From: a virus
Taxonomy: Duplodnaviria > Caudoviricetes
DNA: 64,000 nucleotides
Strand: one strand, 5' to 3'
Virus record (IMG/VR): IMGVR_UViG_2925677529_000001
Location: 1,341 to 65,340 of that record
Below, in pieces: positions 19,301 to 28,358 of this stretch (within the stretch, counting starts at the first letter, position 1; the number at the start of each line of letters is the position of its first letter). Below the pieces are notes generated by a model. That model made no database searches. It was given only the letters and a program-made list of their open reading frames with translations, and was not told the DNA's origin. The position numbers and the translations under genes were made by a program.

Positions 19301-21993
19301 GAGTTGATCGCATAGACCGCCGCAGCGCCACCTAAGCCACGCACAGCCTCCGGGATCAGCACACCCTCACCGGGCGACACCCACGACAGAATGCTGTCCA
19401 CCCCAGGGGCATAGCCAGGGAACACGCCACCCTCAGCGCGGCCACCCTTCGGGACCGTCGTGTCCCCAGGGAATGCGGGCATCCGCGCCGGAGTCCGGAA
19501 CGTCGACGGGTCGATGGGGTTGCCGTTCGGATCGGTGAACTGCACCCGTACAGCCATGTGCCCGTCGGGGAGTTGCTGCACTGCCAGCCCTAGCTTCTTG
19601 AGCCGATCGATCGCCTCGGGCGTCTCGTCTTTGATCTGCACTTCACCGGTCGGGAGTGCCTTGATCGCGCCGCCGAGAGCTTCGACTTCGGTGCCAGCGT
19701 CCCGCGCCTCAGCGGTGGCATCCTGAATCGACTTCAACACGTCGGGCGCCACCGGTGGCACACCGTTGCGCGCACGCTGTCCGGCGTCGGTGGCGGCCTG
19801 AAGATCGGCCTGGCGCTGCAGCTCCGCGCCATAGCCGGGGTCGCGGGGGGTGAGACCTCCACGATCACCTGGCCGGAACCCAGGTCCCAACGAGTTTGGA
19901 GTCGGGAGCGTGCCTTGGCGCTGCGCGGCATTCGGGTCGACGTATGCCCCGTTCGCCAACACCGGGGCCACTGCCACGGCAGTACCGATGCCGGCGCCGA
20001 TGAACGCACCCGGAACCCCGCCGTATTGGGCGCCGATCGCCGCGCCGCCACCGATCAGCGCCGCCGACCGACCGGCGTCCGGTTTCTGCGCCTGGCCGCT
20101 GCTAATGTCCTTGACCGCGTCGATGACCGCCGGCAACGCCAGCACGGCGCCGAGCATTCCGAGTTTTCCGAGGACACCGCCGCCACCCTTGCTGCCCAGC
20201 TTGCCGCTGATCCCGTCGAGCAGTCCACCGACCTTGCCCAGGTTGGTGATCAAGCCCAGAATGCCTGCGGCGCCGCTGATCGTCTTCCACGCCAGGAACG
20301 CCGTCACCACACCCGTGATGCCGCCCGGCATTTCAGACAGAACACCGGTGATGCCTTGCAGCACTGGCAGCAGGACATCGGTCCACTGCTTGAACCCGTT
20401 GTATGCCCCGACCAGGATCGGGCCGAGGTTCACGAGGATGTCGCCCCACTTCTTGAGCTGTTCCCGGCCATCGCGGAAGAACTCTTTGAGCTTGGTCTGC
20501 CCCGCATCGGATGATAGGAACGCGTGCAGTTTCGTCGTCGCGTCGTTCAGCCACTTCAGGAACCCGCCGTCCCCGCCGGCGGCTTTCGTGATGTCGGTGA
20601 TGATCTTTCCGACGTTCAGGAACGCCTCACCGAAGTTCTTGGCGGCGTCGATGCCCTGGTTGATCCACTTGTCGAGGTTGCCGTTCTGGGTGGACGTGGT
20701 GATCCAGTTGTCGAACCGAGTGGTGACGCCCTTCAGTCCGTCGGCCAGTCGCGGCAGGAAATCAGACGACTCCGAAGTGAGTGTGCCGAGACCGTGCACC
20801 AGCGGCTCGATCGCCTTGTTCAGATTCGTCTGCGCCTTCGACGTGTTGCCGAACAGCTTGTCGAGGAATCCCTGTGTCGAGTCCAACCCGCCGACGCGGC
20901 CAAGTTCCTTGAACGTGTTGTTCCACGCCGTCGCGATACCGCCCAGCCCCTTCTCAAGGGTGGGCATCGACTTGCCGGCCAGGTCGGTGATCGTCTTGTC
21001 GAGACCGTCAAACATGTTCTGCTGCACGACGTCGCGCTGCAGCCGCTCCCACTCGGGGCGCAACCCCACCACAGCCTTGACCGCCGACTGCGCCGCGGGG
21101 GCGAGGTTCTTCATCGCCTCGGCGGCCTTCTCGATGTCCTTCGGATCACCGGATGCCGCGGCCTCCCACGCGGCTTCGAAACCGTCCTTCACACCAGCCA
21201 ACCCGAGCTTCAGGGTGCCGACCGACGACGCGATCCCACCGATCACACCAGGCAGGGCAAGCCCCGCCTGGCCGAGCTGCTGCACCGCGCCAACGAGATT
21301 GGTCACCGCGGTGGCGGCGGATGGGAACGAACCGATCCCGGCGGCGACCGCGTTCCAGCCGACCGCGCCAGCAACCGGGCCACCCATGCCGAAGAACCCA
21401 CCACCACGACCACCACGACCACCGGAGCCACCACCGCCCGGAGGTGGGGTGTTCGGTTGAGGGGCGGCCGCAGCCGCGGTCTGTGCCTTCGCCAACCGCT
21501 GCCACGCGTTAGCCTGCCGATTCACCGCCGCCGTGACCAGGTTGATCTGCCGCGTCGACATCGCCGCCATCGCGGCCTTGCCCGCCGCCGTCTGCTCGCC
21601 CAACGCCCGCGTCACAGAATCGATCGCCGCGGTCTGCACCTTCGACGACGCCAACGCCTTTGCAGCGGACCTCGAATAGCCTCCGCCGATCTGATCCAGT
21701 GCCCGAGTGGTTGCCTTAGCCGCCGTGGTTGTTTTCGCCGCGGTCTTCGCCGCCTCGTCGCCGATGTCCTCCACTGCGTCGGCCGCGACCTTGGCCGCAG
21801 CCGCCTGCTTCGCACCCGACTTCTCAGCCGCCCGGCCGGTCTGGTCGAGCTTGCGCTGCAACTGGTCCAACTCGCGGTTCAGCTTCGCCAGAGTCGGCTC
21901 CAACGCCGTGCTGATCTCCCGCAAAATATCGGCAGGCAACCCTGACCCGTCGATCGACAGGCCAAGACTGATCGAGCCGACGGGCGTGGTCAC
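16384..21993 (-). CDS. Tape measure protein with internal NlpC/P60-like peptidase motif
   Basis: 1869 aa, Ala/Gly-rich helical, ATGG motifs; YSWG..DCSGAVS..SHM..NFES. Confidence 0.93.
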   Translation of the reverse strand: MTTPVGSISLGLSIDGSGLPADILREISTALEPTLAKLNRELDQLQRKLDQTGRAAEKSGAKQAAAAKVAADAVEDIGDEAAKTAAKTTTAAKATTRALDQIGGGYSRSAAKALASSKVQTAAIDSVTRALGEQTAAGKAAMAAMSTRQINLVTAAVNRQANAWQRLAKAQTAAAAAPQPNTPPPGGGGSGGRGGRGGGFFGMGGPVAGAVGWNAVAAGIGSFPSAATAVTNLVGAVQQLGQAGLALPGVIGGIASSVGTLKLGLAGVKDGFEAAWEAAASGDPKDIEKAAEAMKNLAPAAQSAVKAVVGLRPEWERLQRDVVQQNMFDGLDKTITDLAGKSMPTLEKGLGGIATAWNNTFKELGRVGGLDSTQGFLDKLFGNTSKAQTNLNKAIEPLVHGLGTLTSESSDFLPRLADGLKGVTTRFDNWITTSTQNGNLDKWINQGIDAAKNFGEAFLNVGKIITDITKAAGGDGGFLKWLNDATTKLHAFLSSDAGQTKLKEFFRDGREQLKKWGDILVNLGPILVGAYNGFKQWTDVLLPVLQGITGVLSEMPGGITGVVTAFLAWKTISGAAGILGLITNLGKVGGLLDGISGKLGSKGGGGVLGKLGMLGAVLALPAVIDAVKDISSGQAQKPDAGRSAALIGGGAAIGAQYGGVPGAFIGAGIGTAVAVAPVLANGAYVDPNAAQRQGTLPTPNSLGPGFRPGDRGGLTPRDPGYGAELQRQADLQAATDAGQRARNGVPPVAPDVLKSIQDATAEARDAGTEVEALGGAIKALPTGEVQIKDETPEAIDRLKKLGLAVQQLPDGHMAVRVQFTDPNGNPIDPSTFRTPARMPAFPGDTTVPKGGRAEGGVFPGYAPGVDSILSWVSPGEGVLIPEAVRGLGGAAAVYAINSRFRSGLSRRGYADGGVVGGAPGVDDATELGVLRQIRDLLAGKGGTSAPLNQTADAVSNLAGTSGRGGQQTGPFGTPLKKRGDPGYEMAAAAISALGGDPEKWIGADPSTYMPAVAGGGSVLAGGADYGNYAAVLGAFARTGNLTGDLGLDANDPVVKAITTARNKKKGALGGDTIAGLVDQVLTGGGYTGTLDSSNSSLISTLQTFREKLAKPSKGGRGTAVTASLTGVPTYGLGMDPVSAYAQQFSGGQYSWGSSDLAKGLSDCSGAVSDLVELITKGQAGPERLFSTSDAASVLKSLGAVQGSVPGALQIGWSDSHMRATLPNGVNFESGGGTGQGATYGGNAQGAAGMPNIMSLPVNGAVPGMAGLAGATGGAGTPVFVTNWPGGQGLPPGVGQVLGAGLTAGGQATSGVAGDVMSAVGGLGQEPWNKATNYATLNALVKERNPMALAKAFGLDVPDFTRQGGDGADVMKNDQAFDSSGRMFSDTGALLDRTFTNLNAQLDAMRKQLVDVIEQTNQKLNEEALQPVVKAGVQSALEGLKDSVTSSIGTSMGQAAAPPIADAVRSAIPSQTGAGGLAGDAVNGVKAATGMATGGPVFGGVRGRDSVPTMLMPDEHVFTTADVAAMGGHAGVYAFRAALHRSGGVRGMATGGGVNVNDTVGAEFFGVSQIPIIGAIVNILVRVLLSVLGVQIEARDTLGEMTDQFRQFRGDFKGFDASGRLLNDTSALMDRSQSSEEIAAQERIRILKIVIQALIKYIIEKVIVPIGKAVANAAINAGASAAGAAVNTQAPGAGSIVQSLISSAGSAGVDIVAEVGTDLALAVSEVAIDAISEGLQGLFPDLMTGLFGGGILEQLLVAPIQAALEIPLAMIGALTGGLGALFAPLAALVGGIAFDSGGVASGVGLMAKATIAPERVLSPNQTVLFERMVSALERGQTTAAGQTLVQAEIHVAGGPDAGRDVRDGLLELMS

Positions 21994-22021
21994 CGCGTCA
22001 AACTAGCTAGGCGGGGTGCGA

Positions 22022-22609
22022 CTACTTGCCCTTGCCAGCCTTGCCATTTGCGACCTCGGCGAGGGCCTCAGCTTCCGCCTTGGCGTGCTCCCCACCGATC
22101 TCCGCGATAGCGCCGATCAGCTCACCCCATGCCCCGGTGGTGAACTCCTCGTCGTCGGGATCGACCATGCGGTACATGACCCGCTCGTAGGTTTCCGGGG
22201 ACAGGTGCTTGGCGACGAACAGGTTGACCAGCCGGTCCTGGAACTCGAGGCTGTTGTGCCGGGCCGCGCCGAGCGCCTGCAGCGCAGCGCCTTTCGGAAC
22301 CCGGATGGCGAGCTCGTCGCCCTTGAACGGCAGCCAGGCGTGCTTCCACTCGGACTGATGGGTCCACTTCTCTTCGGCAGCCGGGTCGACGACCTCGGTG
22401 GAGCCGGGCACCGCGACCTCAGCAGCCGGGGCAACGACCTCCGGTTCAGGTGCAGCATTGGGGTCGGGGCTGGACTCAACGGTGATGACGTGCTCCGCCT
22501 CCGCCGCGGGCGCAGCGGGTTCAGGTGCAACAGTCGGCGCAACAACAGCGGCAACATCCGGCGTGACAGTCGTCGTGACAGTGGTGGTATCCGAGGCAGG
22601 ATTGGTCAT
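22022..22609 (-). CDS. Tail assembly chaperone (G-like)
   Basis: Directly upstream of the tape measure; acidic; no slippery site or T ORF follows. Confidence 0.75.
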   Translation of the reverse strand: MTNPASDTTTVTTTVTPDVAAVVAPTVAPEPAAPAAEAEHVITVESSPDPNAAPEPEVVAPAAEVAVPGSTEVVDPAAEEKWTHQSEWKHAWLPFKGDELAIRVPKGAALQALGAARHNSLEFQDRLVNLFVAKHLSPETYERVMYRMVDPDDEEFTTGAWGELIGAIAEIGGEHAKAEAEALAEVANGKAGKGK

Positions 22610-22638
22610 AGGCCGCATGTTGCTCAGCCAGGGTGCAC

Positions 22639-23043
22639 TCAGTGTTCCCGCTCCGCAACCCGCATACCGGCGTTCCGCAGGAACGGCCTGGCCTTCGTGC
22701 CCGGGTGTCGCACCAACTTCGCGAACACCGTGCGACCGCCGATCTGGAAACGCAACGCCTGCGCCTTACGTGGCCGAATCACATGCGGCCGGGAGCCCTC
22801 ATGGACGTACAGCGCATAATCGGCCTTCGCATGCACCGACCCCGCCACGGTGCGCGGCCCAGTGAAATGGATCTGCCCCTCACCAATCGTGCGCCCCAGG
22901 TTGCCCGTCCGGACCGGGACATCCACGCGCGCCTGGGTCGCCGTGCGGCGCTGCAGCGACGCCATACGCCGGCGTAGGAACGTGCGTGTCTGGTCATTGA
23001 GCTCGCGTTCATTGAGCTCAACGTGGGCGCTAACTCTCGCCAC
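22639..23043 (-). CDS. HK97 gp10-like neck/tail completion protein
   Basis: PVRTGNL..YALYVHEG..HPGTKARPFL. Confidence 0.8.
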   Translation of the reverse strand: MARVSAHVELNERELNDQTRTFLRRRMASLQRRTATQARVDVPVRTGNLGRTIGEGQIHFTGPRTVAGSVHAKADYALYVHEGSRPHVIRPRKAQALRFQIGGRTVFAKLVRHPGTKARPFLRNAGMRVAEREH

Positions 23044-23389
23044 TGGACTTGCTGCGCGTCCGGCGCGGCTTCGACTCCGCGCTGACCGGTTCGTCGACCA
23101 CGGCCACCGTGGGCTCCTCACCGCGGGTATCGCCCGGGAATTCTGAGATGCGCTCGTACGCGTCATCTTCGGCTGCCTCGGCAGACATCTGCGCCAGCAC
23201 CGCGCCGCGGTCCGGTTCGCCGTAGGCAACAGCATCGGGATCATCGAGGCTGCCCGCTACGACGATCGCACCGCCGCCGGCCACCAGCTTGCGGATCGTG
23301 TCCGTCACCTCGACCGTGGCCCGCTGACCACGCCCCAGCAGGTCGGTCGGCATGTACTGGCTGCCCTCAATCGTGACGCGATGTCCCAC
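23030..23389 (-). CDS. Hypothetical head-tail region protein
   Basis: GGGAG SD before GTG; packed in the operon. Confidence 0.55.
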   Translation of the reverse strand: MGHRVTIEGSQYMPTDLLGRGQRATVEVTDTIRKLVAGGGAIVVAGSLDDPDAVAYGEPDRGAVLAQMSAEAAEDDAYERISEFPGDTRGEEPTVAVVDEPVSAESKPRRTRSKSSGES

Positions 23390-23403
23390 AACGAACTCCC
23401 TTG

Positions 23404-23946
23404 TCAGAACGATGCGTAGGCCATGCCGGTCCACGCGATCAGCCCGCCCTCGGGGCCGAGTGGCGCGATGGTATCGGTGGCGACTGCATGGTCATCGGCC
23501 TTCAGGGCGGTGGCCGCGATGCACAGTGCGGTCTCGATACGCCACGAATCATCCAGGCTGATCTCAGCCTCACGCTCCAGCACCGACCACTTCGGCTTCG
23601 CCGACATATCCGAGCAGCGGGCCACACCGACCTCGATCGCGACGCCACGCACCACATCAGCAGCCTTGCAGTCCCTGTCACCGACATAGACGGCGGGGAA
23701 CTCGCCTCGGCGGGACCGGAACCGGCGATCAACCCGCACCCACAAAAACGGATCCTTACAGCTGATGTTCAGCCCAGTGTCGGGATCCCACACCGACGTC
23801 GGCAGCCCACCATCGGACGCGAAGAACCGCACATCGGTCGACCCGCCACCCAGCGGCGGCTGCACCGTATCGGCCGGATTGAACGCTCGCTTCATCGCCG
23901 CGATGAACGCATTCACCACGTCGGAGGCCGGATCGTGCGGAATCAC
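23404..23946 (-). CDS. Tail terminator-like protein
   Basis: LWVRV..EVGVARC..PLGPEGG; position in the head-tail block. Confidence 0.65.
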   Translation of the reverse strand: MIPHDPASDVVNAFIAAMKRAFNPADTVQPPLGGGSTDVRFFASDGGLPTSVWDPDTGLNISCKDPFLWVRVDRRFRSRRGEFPAVYVGDRDCKAADVVRGVAIEVGVARCSDMSAKPKWSVLEREAEISLDDSWRIETALCIAATALKADDHAVATDTIAPLGPEGGLIAWTGMAYASF

Positions 23947-24686
23947 AACACCTCCGGCGCGGCCATGAGCCGGTTCGGGTTGACCGCGGCCAGCCAAAGG
24001 TCCACCTCGGTCAGCCCGGTCTTGCCGGCGGCCAGGATCTTCGACGAGTCGAACACGTTCGTAACGCCCCGCCGCGTCGTCGACACCAGCGTGCGGGGCA
24101 GCCGGCACTCATCTTCGTCACCACAAGCGGCGTTGAGGAACTCGCGGGCGAGCTGCCCGGTCAGCTTGTCCACACCCGCCGGGACGGGGATACCGAGCCC
24201 GTAGGTGACCGACCACGTGCCAGGCTCGCCGAGCGGGCTGCCGAGGTCCTGACGTGGCCACTGGCCGCCCTTGCGGTACAGCGCGTTTCCCTCCAGCTGA
24301 TAGTCAGACTCGTCGAGCACCGCACCGTCGACCGTCACCGACATAATCGCGGCCACCGGGCCAGGCAGATGCACCACCCGCGGCCCCGACACCGAACACG
24401 ATCCGACACAGCCGCACGGCCAGTTCGACCAATGTCCCAAGTCGAGAGTGAGGATAAACGGGCCATAGCCGAAGCCCTGCGCGTAGTCCGGGCATGGTCG
24501 CACCGTCGTCTCGCACACACCGAACTGGCGCCCAGACAACGCCCACAACACCTGGACCGCAATGTCCTCCGCGCTGTTGCGCTGAGCCAGGGCTGCAACG
24601 TATTCCGGGGTCGGGTTATCTGGATCATCACCTACGGCAGGCAGCTCCGGCAGACATTCACGAGCTATTGGCCAGTCGCAGGACAT
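23943..24686 (-). CDS. Head-to-tail adaptor
   Basis: LWALSGRQFGVC..RPC, WPRQD, CRLP, TGLTEVDLWL motifs. Confidence 0.8.
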   Translation of the reverse strand: MSCDWPIARECLPELPAVGDDPDNPTPEYVAALAQRNSAEDIAVQVLWALSGRQFGVCETTVRPCPDYAQGFGYGPFILTLDLGHWSNWPCGCVGSCSVSGPRVVHLPGPVAAIMSVTVDGAVLDESDYQLEGNALYRKGGQWPRQDLGSPLGEPGTWSVTYGLGIPVPAGVDKLTGQLAREFLNAACGDEDECRLPRTLVSTTRRGVTNVFDSSKILAAGKTGLTEVDLWLAAVNPNRLMAAPEVL

Positions 24687-24725
24687 GCGGGCCACGGTAG
24701 CCAGCAAGGGTGCTCACAAATGACG

Positions 24726-24757
24726 AACCGCCCCGGGGCAACAGCACCCGAGGCGGT
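24726..24757 (-). terminator. Imperfect hairpin after the fibre gene
   Basis: Minus strand ACCGCCTCGGG..CCCGGGGCGGTT. Confidence 0.45.
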
Positions 24758-24774
24758 CCGCTTGTCTCGTGCGG

Positions 24775-25260
24775 TTACGGAGCAGCTTCCAGATCGGCGA
24801 TACGCTTCTCCAGCTTCGCTATCGCCGCGTTGACGGTATCGGCTGGGGCTACCGCAGCCTCAGCCACGGTGCCGATCGTGTAGCCGGTCAGGGCGGCATC
24901 GGCACCGGTCAGAGTCACGTTGGCCGACAAGGCCTTTCCGTTGACCGTCCGTGTCGTAGGTACGTACGTCGAATGCGTGTGATCGCCTGCCGCCGCCGTG
25001 GTGCTGGTGGTGCCCAGCGCCAGATTGGAGCTGCCGGTGCCCGCACCGATCGCAGTCCGAGCAGCAGCGGCATCGGCTGCCTTCAACACATTCCGGCCCA
25101 CCGTGGTGGCATCCGTGATGTTGGCAGCCGTCACCGAATCGGCTGCGCTGGCCGCCGCATCAGCCGCGGCAACCCCGTCCTCAATGTGGTTCAGCCGGGC
25201 CGCGGTGATGGGAGTGCCACCACCGGACCCGTCCGCCCACGTCTGCTTCGAATAGGCCAT
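24775..25260 (-). CDS. Head/tail fibre (decoration) protein
   Basis: MAYSKQTWAD..TPITAARLNHIEDG N-terminus, RTVNGKALS repeat, C-terminal coiled coil; AGGAGG SD. Confidence 0.75.
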   Translation of the reverse strand: MAYSKQTWADGSGGGTPITAARLNHIEDGVAAADAAASAADSVTAANITDATTVGRNVLKAADAAAARTAIGAGTGSSNLALGTTSTTAAAGDHTHSTYVPTTRTVNGKALSANVTLTGADAALTGYTIGTVAEAAVAPADTVNAAIAKLEKRIADLEAAP

Positions 25261-25319
25261 AGGTCATCCTCCTGGGTAGAGCGCCGCGCCGGGGTAGAGG
25301 TCCGACCCCGGCACGGCGG

Positions 25320-26384
25320 TTAAGGGGTTCCGACCGGGGTCACGGTGGCGGTACCACCGGTGAGGTCCGTGCTGTCCGCGGTAAGCGCACCCAGCGAGGA
25401 ATCCAGCTTGACGGTGTAGTCGCCCGCCGAGCCGATCACCTGCACCTGCCCAACTTCGACGCTCGCCAAAGCCTCGATCGCCGACTGCACCGCGGCCGGA
25501 AGCGCAGTCGACGCGATGTTGGCAGTCGGATCGGAGCCGACGGACAGCTTGAAATTGCCCGTACCAGTGACCTCGAGTCCGTAGGTCTTGGCGTTGCAGA
25601 TCGGCTGAGCCGGAGCGACATCCGCCGCCGAAGCACCGAAATAGGTGTCCGGGCTTGTGAAGATCGACTGAACAGCCAGCTCGCAAGCGCCATTCGTCGG
25701 CTTCGGCGGAGCGATCGGCGTCGCGAACAACGCCAGATGGTTCTCGTCGACCGGATCGTAGAGCGGCACCAGCAGACGGCCAGCAGCGCCGGAGCTGTCG
25801 GTGGCAGCCACGTTGTACGGGCCACGACCCCACTGCTTCGGCGCGAAGCTACGACCGGTCAGGGTGAACGTCGACGGATTGGCTTCCACCGCGAGCGCGC
25901 TGGAAACGAACTCCTTACCGCCAATGACGAAGTAGCCCCACTGGGATCCGCTCACCGAGCTGGAGAAGATCGAATCGTCGGTCGGGATGTCGCAGCCGTC
26001 GTCATCGTCGCCGCCGGCCCACAGTTCGAACATCACACCGGTCTCGGTCTCGACCGACTTGCGGTCACGGACACCGACCGGGTTGCCGTCGTAGTCGGTC
26101 ACCCGCGCCCACGCCGCGACCAGAGCGAACAGGTCAGGGTCGACGCCACAGAGCTGGGCTTCGATGTTCCACCATTTGCGTTCAGCGGGGGTGTTGGCCG
26201 AGACGCAGACCTTGCCTGCGGCGTTGGTCTGTTCGAGGTCCTCGCGGGCCTTCATCTCGGGATCCAGGCTGAATCGAATGAATCCGTCGGTCACCATACG
26301 GTTCGCGGGGCCTTCGAGGGGCAGCCCGCACTTGTCGGTCTTGGTCACGCGAAGCGCCAAGCCTTTGACCACTGCAAAAGCCAT
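25320..26384 (-). CDS. Major tail protein
   Basis: LRVTKTDKCG, NAAGKVC, CGVDP, WGRGPYNV; strong SD. Confidence 0.88.
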   Translation of the reverse strand: MAFAVVKGLALRVTKTDKCGLPLEGPANRMVTDGFIRFSLDPEMKAREDLEQTNAAGKVCVSANTPAERKWWNIEAQLCGVDPDLFALVAAWARVTDYDGNPVGVRDRKSVETETGVMFELWAGGDDDDGCDIPTDDSIFSSSVSGSQWGYFVIGGKEFVSSALAVEANPSTFTLTGRSFAPKQWGRGPYNVAATDSSGAAGRLLVPLYDPVDENHLALFATPIAPPKPTNGACELAVQSIFTSPDTYFGASAADVAPAQPICNAKTYGLEVTGTGNFKLSVGSDPTANIASTALPAAVQSAIEALASVEVGQVQVIGSAGDYTVKLDSSLGALTADSTDLTGGTATVTPVGTP

Positions 26385-26450
26385 GTGCTGGCTGTCCTCC
26401 TACTAAAGGCGCTGCGCGCCGGTCGGTTCGGTTCTCCCGAGGCAGTTCGG

Positions 26451-26471
26451 ACAGTAAGAGGGCAGGGTGCA
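26451..26471 (-). promoter_or_regulatory. Late promoter of the major tail gene (TGCACC-CTGCCCTCT-TACTGT)
   Basis: Differs at 2 of 21 nt from the capsid promoter at 30306..30326. Confidence 0.7.
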
Positions 26472-26861
26472 TCAGCAGTCAGGCCGGTTACACCGACGCT
26501 GATCACCAGCTATGCGTTCCTTCCGCTCGGTCCGCATCTCTTCCCGGAGACCACCGATGTCACGTTCGACCTGGCGGAATCCGTCCCGCAACATGTCCCG
26601 GATGTCGTCGAGGTCCTCGCGCAGGTTGGTGTCGTGATCGTTGACCGTGTTCTCGTGAATCTCGGTGGTTTTCGCGTCGATCTTGCGCGCACGCTCCCGG
26701 CCTTTTCGCTGGCCTCGGACGGTCACGATCAATGCGGCGACTGCGGGTAGGGACATCGGGAGACCAACGATGAGCATTCCCAACAGGTCAATACCGTCGT
26801 CTGGATCGAGCACTTCGCTTGTGGAGCGGACAGATTCACCAATGAGCCCCAGTAGGCTCAC
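26472..26861 (-). CDS. DUF2746-like membrane/coiled-coil protein
   Basis: TM helix then NDHDTNLREDLD..DIGGLREE..TERKERIAGD. Confidence 0.8.
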   Translation of the reverse strand: MSLLGLIGESVRSTSEVLDPDDGIDLLGMLIVGLPMSLPAVAALIVTVRGQRKGRERARKIDAKTTEIHENTVNDHDTNLREDLDDIRDMLRDGFRQVERDIGGLREEMRTERKERIAGDQRRCNRPDC

Positions 26862-27064
26862 AGCGTGCCGTCTTTCCGCTGCCGAGAGAGCATCACACCA
26901 GCGGTACCGGTGCCGCTGATACCCAGCACGTTGGCAGCCAGGTCCAGCCACATCGGGGCGTGTTCCGGCGCGATCGCCTTGTACCCCACTGCGACAGTGA
27001 TAGCTGCGACGGTGATGCCGTAGAGCCACTGGCGCCGCTCGGGGGTCAACTCTGGCAGCTCCAT
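26858..27064 (-). CDS. Putative two-TM holin
   Basis: 68 aa, RQWLYGI, two hydrophobic helices, basic tail; coupled to the DUF2746-like gene. Confidence 0.6.
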   Translation of the reverse strand: MELPELTPERRQWLYGITVAAITVAVGYKAIAPEHAPMWLDLAANVLGISGTGTAGVMLSRQRKDGTL

Positions 27065-27067
27065 GGC

Positions 27068-27487
27068 CTAGCTCACTTCCTGGATGGCGGCCAGGGCCGC
27101 GGTCTTGTTGGGGAGTTCACGAGTGTCGATGCCGTGCGCGGCGGCGTACGCGTCGAGCTCGGCGCGCTTCCAGCCGTCGTCGGGCTCACTGTCCGGCCAC
27201 GACGCAGGGACAGTGTGTCCGGTATCGGGAAGTGCCTCCGGCAGATCAGCGTCTGCTGGAATCGGGCCACCGCTGGCGAACTTGGGAGCTTCGTCGAGCA
27301 GGCCGGCCAGGCGGGCGTTGCCCTCCGGCACGATGTACGCCAACCGCGGCCGAGTGACCTTCTCGATCAGCTCCGGCGGCGTGCCCACCTCGAGCAGCTT
27401 CCCGAGGCCGGGGCCACGCAGCGACGGATCGACGAATTCGATAGTGGCGAAACCGTCTTCGACCGCCACGTCCACACCAGTAGGCAT
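27068..27487 (-). CDS. Capsid-region protein with C-terminal HeH-like domain
   Basis: WKRAELDAYAAAHGID..NKTAALAAI. Confidence 0.6.
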   Translation of the reverse strand: MPTGVDVAVEDGFATIEFVDPSLRGPGLGKLLEVGTPPELIEKVTRPRLAYIVPEGNARLAGLLDEAPKFASGGPIPADADLPEALPDTGHTVPASWPDSEPDDGWKRAELDAYAAAHGIDTRELPNKTAALAAIQEVS

Positions 27488-27490
27488 GGT

Positions 27491-28336
27491 CTACCCTCCA
27501 CTCGGGAAATTGGTGCTACCAGGGAAATTCGTGAGCCCAGGGAAGCCGTCGCCGTCGACCGGCGCGGTGACCGTCACGGCCCCCACCAACGCCTCATAGC
27601 CGACAACCAAGCTGCGCTCAGCGACCGCCACGAACTCGTTCACTTCCATGCTCGGCGCGTCCCGCAACGCCACCGGGCCGCGCCACCCCAACGTCGGCGA
27701 CGTCGCGATCAGTGTGGATCCCAGGGTGTCGACGTAGCCGCCGCCAAACACCCACGTATGGCCCAACGGCGACACCAGCTTGCCGCCCTGATATCGGACC
27801 AGATTGGCGTAGGCCGCGAATGCCGCCCACTCCGCCGACGCATGAATGAGACCGATCGTGTTGGTCTTCGCCAACAGGCCCTCCAAATGCGCGACCGCAG
27901 CGACGATTCCAGCGGCCGTGCCCGGCGTACCGGCGTCGGCCAGCAGCCGCGTAGCCAGCATCTTCTCGACCTGGTTGGGTTCCTGCAGGCGATGCACCTG
28001 CTGAGCCCGCACACGGACCTCTTCACGCGACCGCTTGAGCAGGTCGCACTCATCCGTCGCGTAGGTGGTCATGGCGACGAACGTGTCAGGGAAGTCCGGC
28101 CGCACGCCCTCTTTCACATCAGAGGGCGCCAACTCGGACTCCGCGGCGTTCCACGGCGCGGCCCACACACCGAACTGGGTGCCACCGCCGTAGTTGAACA
28201 CCCGAACATCGACACCGGACGGCAGCCATCGCAGCGGCCCGTCCTCGTCGGTCCACTGCGTCGCCGTGAACAACCCGTTGGGTGCCGGGTTGACCAGCGG
28301 TGCATCGAACACCACCGGGGACAGTGCAGCCGTCAT
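27491..28336 (-). CDS. Major capsid pentamer protein-like
   Basis: Follows the large capsid gene as in cluster-B-type phages; SPLGHTWVFGGGY, AVAER; C-terminal FPG repeats. Confidence 0.7.
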   Translation of the reverse strand: MTAALSPVVFDAPLVNPAPNGLFTATQWTDEDGPLRWLPSGVDVRVFNYGGGTQFGVWAAPWNAAESELAPSDVKEGVRPDFPDTFVAMTTYATDECDLLKRSREEVRVRAQQVHRLQEPNQVEKMLATRLLADAGTPGTAAGIVAAVAHLEGLLAKTNTIGLIHASAEWAAFAAYANLVRYQGGKLVSPLGHTWVFGGGYVDTLGSTLIATSPTLGWRGPVALRDAPSMEVNEFVAVAERSLVVGYEALVGAVTVTAPVDGDGFPGLTNFPGSTNFPSGG

Positions 28337-28358
28337 GTGCGGTCCTCTCTACCGGGAA

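Noticed and set aside
21994-22060. Classical tail chaperone G/T frameshift
   Set aside because: No slippery heptamer; only 28 nt, holding a promoter, separate the gene from the tape measure
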